DNA of 40,942 bases from the NCBI GenBank assembly GCA_021604885.1, contig BQJV01000002.1, forward strand, positions 1-40,942, written 5' to 3'. Origin of the DNA: Acidimicrobiales bacterium (GTDB lineage: Bacteria; Actinomycetota; Acidimicrobiia; Acidimicrobiales; Aldehydirespiratoraceae). Position numbers and translations under genes: made by a program. Of this stretch, positions 24,769-31,843 are shown in pieces. Below the pieces are notes generated by a model. It worked only from the letters and a program-made list of their open reading frames with translations. It did not search any database and was not told the DNA's origin. How positions within the stretch are numbered: position 1 is the stretch's first letter; every line of letters begins with the position of its first letter.

Positions 24769-27700
24769 TCAGTGGGAGTGGCCGGCGAGTGCTTCGCCGT
24801 CGAGCTCGCGCGAGAGCAGTTCGCCGATCGTGGAGGCGTCCGCCGGGCGGGCGAAGTAGTAGCCCTGACCGAGGCGGCAGCCGAGTGCCAAAAGGCGCTT
24901 GTGTTGATCGGGCACCTCGATGCCCTCGGCGACCGTCTCCGCACCCATCCCCGCGGCGATGCTGAGGACCGTGGAGACGATTGTCGAATCGTCCTGCGTC
25001 TCGAGCCGAGCGACGAACGACTGATCGATCTTGAGAATGTCCGCGGAGAACTCATCGGCGTACTTCAACGTCGCGTAGCCGGTGCCGAAGTCATCGATTG
25101 CGACACGCAGGCCCGCCGCTCGGAGTGCATCGATGCGTTGCACGACGAGTTCGAAGTCGTTGATCAGAGCCGACTCGGTCAGCTCGAGGACCACGGCGGA
25201 GCGGTCGATGCCGGAGCCATCGACCAGCTCGAGCACTTCGGTCACGATGCCGTCGCGCTGGAGCTGCACGGGGGAGATGTTCACACTGGCGTAGATGTCG
25301 TGCCCGCGGCCCCGCCATGTCGCGACCTGCGACAGTGCGGTCTCGAGGACCTTGCGACCGAGGGGCACGATCAGGCCGTTGCGCTCCGCGAGCGGAATGA
25401 AGGAGGCAGGACTGACCATGCCTCGTTCCGGGTGGTTCCAACGCACGAGCGCCTCGACGCCGGCCGTCTTGCCGGAGAAGAGGTCGAGGATCGGCTGATA
25501 GTGCACCGTCAGCTCGTCGCCCTCGATCGCTGCGGCGAGGGAGTTGGAGATCTCGAATCGTTCGAAGGTCTGTTCGGCCATGCCGGACTCGAACAGCGCC
25601 CATCGGCCCTTGCCCTTGGCCTTGGCTTCGTACATGGCGACGTCGGCCGCCCGAAGCAGATCCTCGGGCGTCTGACTGCCGTCGTCGTCCATCGCGATGC
25701 CAACACTGACGCCCAAGCGAACTTCGTGGCCCATGAGATCGACCGGGCGGCTGAGCTCCTCAACGATGCGGTCCGCGACAAGTGTGACATCGGAGTCGGT
25801 GTAGACGTCGGTCAGGAGCACCGCGAACTCGTCACCGCCGAACCGAGCGGCGCGATCATGGAGCCGCAATCGGCCGAGAAGGCGCGAGGAGATCTCCACG
25901 AGCACCTGGTCGCCCGCGGCGTGTCCGAGCGAATCGTTGATGTTCTTGAAGTCGTCGAGATCGATGAACAGTGCCGCGACGCGGCTCCCGGCACGCCGGT
26001 CGGCCCGCAGCGCCTCCTCCAGTTGCTTGGTGAACTGGACGCGGCTCCCGAGCCCGGTGAGATCGTCGTGCAGCACCTGGTGGCGGAGATCATTCTCGAG
26101 CTGCTTGCGAACCGTGATGTCGCGAATGTTCAGGACCAGACCTCGCACCGAGTGGTCGTGGCGAAGGTCGGTGATTGTCACATCGACCGTTCGTTCATCG
26201 CCGTCGGACCGCGTGAGTGCGAGTTCGATCGTGTGACTTCCTTCCATCGAGTTGAGCATGAGTGCTCGGATCTCGCCGACGTTGCCGCTCTGGTTCGGTG
26301 CGATCAGATCGAAGAAGCTCTGGCCGCGGAGATTGCTCGGTCGATGGGCGAGCAACTCGTTCGCTGAGGGCGAGATGTATGTGAACGTCCCGCCGTCGTC
26401 GATGACGGCGATCACGTCCGAGCTGTTCTGGACGAGTCCACGGAACCACTGCTCGCTTCGCTGCAAGCCGAGTTTGGCTGCTCGAGTCTCGTCGACGTCG
26501 CGAGCGGTCAGAACGACGCCGGCGACTTCGGGATTCTCGGAGAAGTCACGAGTTGTGATGTCGAACCAGCGGTACGTCCCACCATGAGTGCGAAGCCGAA
26601 ACTCAGCCGCGACTGCGACCTCGTCTGATGTGGACGGGGCGGCGATTAGAGCGCGCAAGGCGTCCGATTCGTCAGGGTGGCAGAGCACGAGGGGGTTCAT
26701 GCCAATCATCTGGTCGTTGCCGACGCCGAGCACACGTTCGGAATTTGGAGACGCGAACTGAACCTGGCCATCGGCACCAACCACTACGACTAGGTCTGAT
26801 GACTGCTCAACGAGGGCGGATAGGCGTTGCTCGGCGCGACGTTCGAATCGCGCCTCCGTGAGTCGGAGGGATACGAGCGCTTGGGTGATCTGCGCAGACA
26901 TGGTCTGTAGAGCGAGGCCATACGCGGTATCCAGGTTTCCAGCGACCTCGACCAGGATTCGTCCGAAGCGACCTCGGTCGCCCAACTCGAGCTCGACGAA
27001 GTTCGAGGATGCCGAATCCACTGCAATGAGATCGCGAAGTTCGGGAGATGCGGACTCGGCTTCGAGAGTGAGAATCTGAGCAGCCTCCGCTCCTTCCAGG
27101 CGGACGACGAGGTGTCGGGTCGTTTCCCGGGCACCGATCACGGCTGCGTACCGGGACGATTCGCCGACAACGAGCCGGATTGTCTTCGACGCGGCTACCG
27201 CGATCTCTGTTCCAGAGGACGCGTCGAGCAGACCTCGGCCCGACTCGGACAGCGCAGCGTCAAGACCAGCGACGCGCTCTTTCGCGCGGAACAGCAGCGA
27301 GATCCGGACAAGACTGACGAGAGCGAGCGCGGCCGACCCTGTGACCAGAACCGGGAGATCGGGCTCTGTATCCCGAACCAGCGCTGCAAGCAGTGCCATC
27401 GGGAGAGTGAGAAGCGCTGCTGCAAGCATGGTGATTCGGACAGCTGTCAGGCGGGGCTCGCGATACTCCGGCGTCTCAACGAGCGATGGCGCAAGCGGAT
27501 GAAGAAACGCGGCTGCGCCCAGCACGAGAGCCAGCGACGTCGTGACGGTCGCGGCTTCCAAAGCCCAGCCACTGCCGGTGCTATCGAGCAACAGAAGAAT
27601 GTCGTTCGTCAGCAGGAGGCTCGAGGCAATTGCGAGCAATCGCCAGCTGCCATTCCGTGTTCCGGGGCCGACTGCCAGGCGTGCAATGTGCCCGAGCAAG

Positions 27701-28200
27701 GTCAGCGTGAGGATCGAGTACAGAACGTTGCCGGCCCGAGTCCATCCGTCGATAGTGCTGTCGCGGAGATAGTCGGAGAGGATCGCGCTGAAGACGACGA
27801 CTGCGGTCGCCGCCGTGAGGAGGAGCCCGTCCAGGGCTGCTTCAAGGTCGCGCCGAGTTGAACGCAGACGCCAGAAGCTCTGGCATGCAGCGATTAGGCA
27901 GGCGTAGCCGAGGATCGCGGGTACCTCGGCGTAGCTCGGGAACGGGTTGTCGACTCCGATCGAGGCGCCATGCGCGAGGCGAACCACCGCGGCTACAAGA
28001 ACAAGGGAGGTGCCGGCTGCGATGTATTGCCACGGGCGATCTCGTTCGCTCCGACTCGCGCGATTACGCCGCAGAATGACGGTGATCAAGAAGACTGCGG
28101 CTACTGCCTTCGCGACCGCTTGTGCGGTCTCGCCCGCGAGGGTTGCGAGCGCGACGAGGCACACGCCGACAGCAATAGTCCGGAAAGAGTCCCTCCCCAT
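24769..28200 (-). CDS. Multi-pass membrane sensor protein with PAS domains, a GGDEF diguanylate cyclase domain and an EAL phosphodiesterase domain.
   Basis: 1143 aa. The N-terminal ~330 aa contain about 9-10 hydrophobic helices. PAS-like segments follow. The I-site and active site are intact (RLHDRAARFGGDEF; GGDEF at 25825-25839). The EAL domain motifs are intact (EALVRW, DDFGTGYATL, KIDQSFV, EGIE, QGYYFARP). Confidence 0.85.
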   Translation of the reverse strand: MGRDSFRTIAVGVCLVALATLAGETAQAVAKAVAAVFLITVILRRNRASRSERDRPWQYIAAGTSLVLVAAVVRLAHGASIGVDNPFPSYAEVPAILGYACLIAACQSFWRLRSTRRDLEAALDGLLLTAATAVVVFSAILSDYLRDSTIDGWTRAGNVLYSILTLTLLGHIARLAVGPGTRNGSWRLLAIASSLLLTNDILLLLDSTGSGWALEAATVTTSLALVLGAAAFLHPLAPSLVETPEYREPRLTAVRITMLAAALLTLPMALLAALVRDTEPDLPVLVTGSAALALVSLVRISLLFRAKERVAGLDAALSESGRGLLDASSGTEIAVAASKTIRLVVGESSRYAAVIGARETTRHLVVRLEGAEAAQILTLEAESASPELRDLIAVDSASSNFVELELGDRGRFGRILVEVAGNLDTAYGLALQTMSAQITQALVSLRLTEARFERRAEQRLSALVEQSSDLVVVVGADGQVQFASPNSERVLGVGNDQMIGMNPLVLCHPDESDALRALIAAPSTSDEVAVAAEFRLRTHGGTYRWFDITTRDFSENPEVAGVVLTARDVDETRAAKLGLQRSEQWFRGLVQNSSDVIAVIDDGGTFTYISPSANELLAHRPSNLRGQSFFDLIAPNQSGNVGEIRALMLNSMEGSHTIELALTRSDGDERTVDVTITDLRHDHSVRGLVLNIRDITVRKQLENDLRHQVLHDDLTGLGSRVQFTKQLEEALRADRRAGSRVAALFIDLDDFKNINDSLGHAAGDQVLVEISSRLLGRLRLHDRAARFGGDEFAVLLTDVYTDSDVTLVADRIVEELSRPVDLMGHEVRLGVSVGIAMDDDGSQTPEDLLRAADVAMYEAKAKGKGRWALFESGMAEQTFERFEISNSLAAAIEGDELTVHYQPILDLFSGKTAGVEALVRWNHPERGMVSPASFIPLAERNGLIVPLGRKVLETALSQVATWRGRGHDIYASVNISPVQLQRDGIVTEVLELVDGSGIDRSAVVLELTESALINDFELVVQRIDALRAAGLRVAIDDFGTGYATLKYADEFSADILKIDQSFVARLETQDDSTIVSTVLSIAAGMGAETVAEGIEVPDQHKRLLALGCRLGQGYYFARPADASTIGELLSRELDGEALAGHSH

Positions 28201-28251
28201 ACAGGCTGGGTCGGCACTGCGAGGCCCGAAATGAGGCCCATTGCGGAGGAT

Positions 28252-28974
28252 CTACGCTCGGCGCGCTGTGAGGTCCCGGACCTTCGGCTGAATCTCCGGC
28301 ACCGTGCTGCGGAGGTCGATCACGACCTCGTCTAGCTCACTGAACGGAATGTCACCCGAGAAGAAGCGGAGGTTGTCCGGTGCCATCGACTCGGCAGCTC
28401 GCGGTACGTAGATCGCTGTTGGCGTCGTCCTTGCCCCCATGAACTCGCGCGACTCGCCGATCTGAAGCATTGGAATCTCAAGAAACCGGCGAGCAAACAT
28501 CAGCATGCGGTCGTCAACGATTGCGAGAAGGTAGGCCCGTCGCGTCTCGATTGCGCGCCGCCAGACAGCGCCGTAGAGCGCTCCCGAGATCGCCATGTGC
28601 TGCATACCGTTGCGGAGAGTCGCCAGTGCCGAGATCTCCGCACAGCGATTGGTGTCGATGTCGGCGAATATCTCCATGGCGTCATCGCGGACATCGAAGT
28701 GCTGGAACGCCGGGAAGCCCCTGACACTTGGCCGGATCAGGCGACAGGTCCCAACAATCTGTCCCGCCTGCTCGTCAACCGCGATGAAGTAGTCGCTGAA
28801 GGGCACCCAGTCATCGTGGATGAGTCCGTCGGCTCCGAGTTCAGCCGAGCTAATGAACCCCTCCTCGACAAAACACTGCGAGTGGAGTCGCCTAGCAGCG
28901 AGCAGCTCTTGGGAGTTATCCACAGGACGGATGGAGAGACCGGGCACGGTCGGGACTAGGGCCATAAGGCCCAC
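28252..28974 (-). CDS. LuxI/FeeM-superfamily GNAT-like N-acyltransferase (N-acyl amino acid synthase / autoinducer-synthase-like).
   Basis: 240 aa. The segment ELLAARRLHSQCFVEEGFISSAELGADGLIHDDWVPFSDYFIAVDEQAGQIVGTCRLIRPS is followed by CAEISALAT. This follows the pattern of N-acyl synthases (a..lR..vF..E.g... D.yD... G.v.GT.RLi ... E.SR.a.). The gene lies 51 nt upstream of the GGDEF-EAL gene on the same strand. Confidence 0.5.
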   Translation of the reverse strand: MGLMALVPTVPGLSIRPVDNSQELLAARRLHSQCFVEEGFISSAELGADGLIHDDWVPFSDYFIAVDEQAGQIVGTCRLIRPSVRGFPAFQHFDVRDDAMEIFADIDTNRCAEISALATLRNGMQHMAISGALYGAVWRRAIETRRAYLLAIVDDRMLMFARRFLEIPMLQIGESREFMGARTTPTAIYVPRAAESMAPDNLRFFSGDIPFSELDEVVIDLRSTVPEIQPKVRDLTARRA

Positions 28975-29053
28975 GACGCTACGGACAAGTCGGGGGGAAA
29001 GTCAACCTGAACACGCGCGAGGAAAGGTCGGGCCCGCGCGGACGGTGGTGGAA

Positions 29054-29075
29054 ACTAGGGCCGATCGGCCCTAGT
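29054..29075. promoter_or_regulatory. Perfect 22-bp palindrome in a divergent intergenic region; a candidate operator or RBS-occluding hairpin.
   Basis: actagggccgatcggccctagt is its own reverse complement. It ends 8 nt before the GTG start at 29084 and lies about 80 nt from the FeeM-like gene's start on the other strand. Confidence 0.35.
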
Positions 29076-29083
29076 CTCGGGCA

Positions 29084-29476
29084 GTGGACGACGTCGCTCG
29101 GGTTGGTTGGCTAGGGAAGGCGTGGATCGCGTCAATCTTCGGCTACTCGATCCTTCGAGCGCTACTTGTCTGGCCCACTCTGGGTGAATATGGCGTGAAT
29201 CCGTGGGCGTTTCTGGCGATCGATGTCGGCACGGCTTGGCCGTACGCGTATGGCCAAGTCCGCGTCGTCAAGGCCGCTCGGTCGCAGGACTGGGGCTCGA
29301 CACAGCGTTGGGCGCTCATCACGCTGCTGGCTTTTGTCGCTCCGTACGTCTACATCGCCGGAGCCGGATCGGGCCAGATGCCTGTCTTCGCCTGGATCGT
29401 TGTTGGGCTGTTGATGGTGTTCTTCGGCGTGGCGTCCGTCGTCCGGATCCGTCGTCAGATCAACGAACGAGACTAG
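29084..29476 (+). CDS. Small integral membrane protein (4 predicted TM helices), function unknown.
   Basis: 130 aa with four hydrophobic stretches: AWIASIFGYSILRALLVW, PWAFLAIDVGTAWPYAYGQV, WALITLLAFVAPYVYIAGAG and VFAWIVVGLLMVFFGVASVV. The start is GTG with no clear SD. I recognise no family. Confidence 0.45.
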   Translation: MDDVARVGWLGKAWIASIFGYSILRALLVWPTLGEYGVNPWAFLAIDVGTAWPYAYGQVRVVKAARSQDWGSTQRWALITLLAFVAPYVYIAGAGSGQMPVFAWIVVGLLMVFFGVASVVRIRRQINERD

Positions 29477-30465
29477 GCGTTCGTCACCGGCCAGGAAGTG
29501 CCGTGGGCCTCGTTCCGAATGAACCAGCCGTACAGGAGCTTTCCGAACGAGCGGTGTTGCCGGAGTCCTGAATCGAGTAGCACAGGTTCGATCAGTTTCA
29601 CGGCACGACGCATTCGGTAGAACGGTATTGCCGGGTACAAGTGATGCACGAGGTGGCAGTCGCCAGCCCCCCACAGAAACATGGGCCCAGAGACAGCGCC
29701 GGTCCGGTAGAAGGTTGAGCTGGCCAGCGGTGTGCTCACGTCTACGTCTGCGTGTTCGAGAATGACCCTCAAGCTGGACGCGATGGGCGCAACAAGCAGC
29801 AGCGGCAGAAAGTAGCCGCGGAGTACCACGCCAGGGCTCAGGAATGCGAGGCCAACCAGCCCGGCGAAGACCAGGATCAGGGCACGGGTCTCCTGCTTGA
29901 CCATGCGTGCCTCCTCGTCGGTGTAGTCCGGTGCCCACCGCTCACGGTCCCCGCGCCGGAAGACACCGAACCAAGACATTTGGGTGCCAACCGGAGTCAG
30001 CAACGCCCACTTCACCCATCGTCGGTCGAAGTCTCGCTTGTACTCTTCGCTGTCTCCGGCGCCGTTCACGTGGCGATGGTGAGCCATGTGCAGATGCTTG
30101 TACTCACTGAAGACGACGGTCGCTGGTGTCGCGAAGACCGATCCGGCGACTCGGGAAAACCTCCGGCCGCCGACGGCGCGATGAACGAAGGCATCGTGGG
30201 CGAAGAAGGCCAAGATCTGCAGCAAGAACCCTTGTGCGACGAGCATTGCTAGCCAGAGAAGGCCGATCGGCACCGTTCCGAGACCAAGAGCGAGCGCGAC
30301 CACGGCGGCGAGGAGGCCAACACCCACCCCTGCGTCGATGAAGACGTTCTGCTTGTGGAGGCTTCGTACGACATCGGGACCGAGAACCTGACTTATCTGG
30401 CGCGTTCCCGCAGCTCGGCGCGCACTAGATGCCTCGGTCCGTTCCTGGACTTCCTTGCCGGCCAT
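29473..30465 (-). CDS. Membrane fatty-acid desaturase family protein.
   Basis: The start is an internal ATG (cat at 30463-30465) of the 657-aa track ORF, giving 330 aa. Three His boxes are present: HDAFVH, HMAHHRH and HLVHHLYP. The N-terminus has TM helices. Confidence 0.8.
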   Translation of the reverse strand: MAGKEVQERTEASSARRAAGTRQISQVLGPDVVRSLHKQNVFIDAGVGVGLLAAVVALALGLGTVPIGLLWLAMLVAQGFLLQILAFFAHDAFVHRAVGGRRFSRVAGSVFATPATVVFSEYKHLHMAHHRHVNGAGDSEEYKRDFDRRWVKWALLTPVGTQMSWFGVFRRGDRERWAPDYTDEEARMVKQETRALILVFAGLVGLAFLSPGVVLRGYFLPLLLVAPIASSLRVILEHADVDVSTPLASSTFYRTGAVSGPMFLWGAGDCHLVHHLYPAIPFYRMRRAVKLIEPVLLDSGLRQHRSFGKLLYGWFIRNEAHGTSWPVTNA

Positions 30466-30567
30466 GTGAAGCAGTCTCGCAGCGCTGCGCCGACCAAAGC
30501 AACATCCCGAGGGCGGCGATCCCTTCGCTGGAGCGACTAATCGCCAGGGCGTCAATCGTTGGGAGTC

Positions 30568-31839
30568 ATGTTCTCGTTGATTCGCGCTACTCCTCACGAC
30601 GGTGCGGCTTGTGCCGACGCGGGGAGGGTGACTGAAACACAGCTCCAATCCACGGATGGCTCGACTGGCAACGCGGCCCGGTGGGCCGGCGTCGGCACGA
30701 GCATCCTCGACGACTCCTACGCGGCCGGTTCCAGCGCTGCCGCGGAAGCAGACGAGAGCGGCAACGCGAACCTGTTTCTGGTCTTCGCGGGACACCTCCA
30801 TGACCATGAGGCGCTCCTCTCCGGCGTCGCCTCCGTCGCATCGAGCGAGGCATCCGTCGTTGGCTGCTCGACCGGCGGCGAAATCGGCGTCGCCGGCCCG
30901 ACCGACAACGGCGTCGTCGTCATGGCGGTCGGCGGGGACGGCATCTCGTTCGCCTCTCGATGCGCTGACGTCGTCGGCGGTGATCTCCGCACAGCGGGCG
31001 AGGTCGCGGCTGACGCAGTCTGGGACGTCGAGCATCGCGGTCACACGGTGCTCCTCCTGCTGTCGGACGGACTTGCGGGCGACCAGCAGGAGGTCGTTCG
31101 TGGCGCCTACGCCACGACCGGCGCAACCATTCCTCTCGTCGGGGGCTGCGCCGGTGACGGCATGGAGATGGCGCAGACGACGCTCTTCCATGCGAACAAG
31201 GGCGGTAGTCGGATCGGCGGCAACCAGGTCATCGGCGTGGCGATCTCGTCGGTCGCTCCGCTGGGCATCGGCGTGTTCCACGGGTGGGAGGCCGTGGGGG
31301 ATGCGGTCCTCATCACGAAGTCCGTCGGCAACGTCATCTACGAGATCGACGAGGAGCCGGCCCTCGATCGCTACCTCCGTCTCCACGGTGCGCCGGTCGA
31401 CTTGGCGGACGACGCTGACGCGTTCACGCAGTTCGCGGCGACTCACCCGATCGGAATCTCACGGCGCAGCCGGCAAGAGGTTCGCTTCATCTCGTCCGCC
31501 GATCCCGAGATGCGCACGATCACCTCGATTGCGGGCGTCCCGCAGGGCGTGATCGCGTACGCCATGGAGGGGTCGGCCGAGTCCGTTCTCGACGCGACCG
31601 ACATCGCGTGCGCGGATGCGCTCGATCAGATCGACGGTCCGCCGGTCGCCGTCCTCGCGTTCGACTGCGTCGCACGTCGCGGTGTCATGGGAGAGGACGG
31701 CATCGCCGCCGAGGTCGGCCGAATCAGGGATCGCGTCGGCGCTCCGATCGCCGGCTTCTACACCTACGGCGAGTTCGCCCGCGTCGCGGGCGCATCCGGC
31801 TTCCACAACCAAACGCTCGTCACGCTCGCGATCGGCTGA
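30568..31839 (+). CDS. FIST (FIST_N + FIST_C) sensor-domain protein, NosP-like.
   Basis: Motifs seen include LFLVFAGHLHDHEALLSGVAS, VGCSTGGEIG, IPLVGGCAGDG and VAVLAFDCVARRGVMG. The characteristic FIST_C end GFYTYGEFARVAGASGFHNQTLVTLAIG is present. The start is uncertain: TTG 30559, ATG 30568 or a downstream GTG are all possible. Confidence 0.7.
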   Translation: MFSLIRATPHDGAACADAGRVTETQLQSTDGSTGNAARWAGVGTSILDDSYAAGSSAAAEADESGNANLFLVFAGHLHDHEALLSGVASVASSEASVVGCSTGGEIGVAGPTDNGVVVMAVGGDGISFASRCADVVGGDLRTAGEVAADAVWDVEHRGHTVLLLLSDGLAGDQQEVVRGAYATTGATIPLVGGCAGDGMEMAQTTLFHANKGGSRIGGNQVIGVAISSVAPLGIGVFHGWEAVGDAVLITKSVGNVIYEIDEEPALDRYLRLHGAPVDLADDADAFTQFAATHPIGISRRSRQEVRFISSADPEMRTITSIAGVPQGVIAYAMEGSAESVLDATDIACADALDQIDGPPVAVLAFDCVARRGVMGEDGIAAEVGRIRDRVGAPIAGFYTYGEFARVAGASGFHNQTLVTLAIG

Positions 31840-31843
31840 GCGA

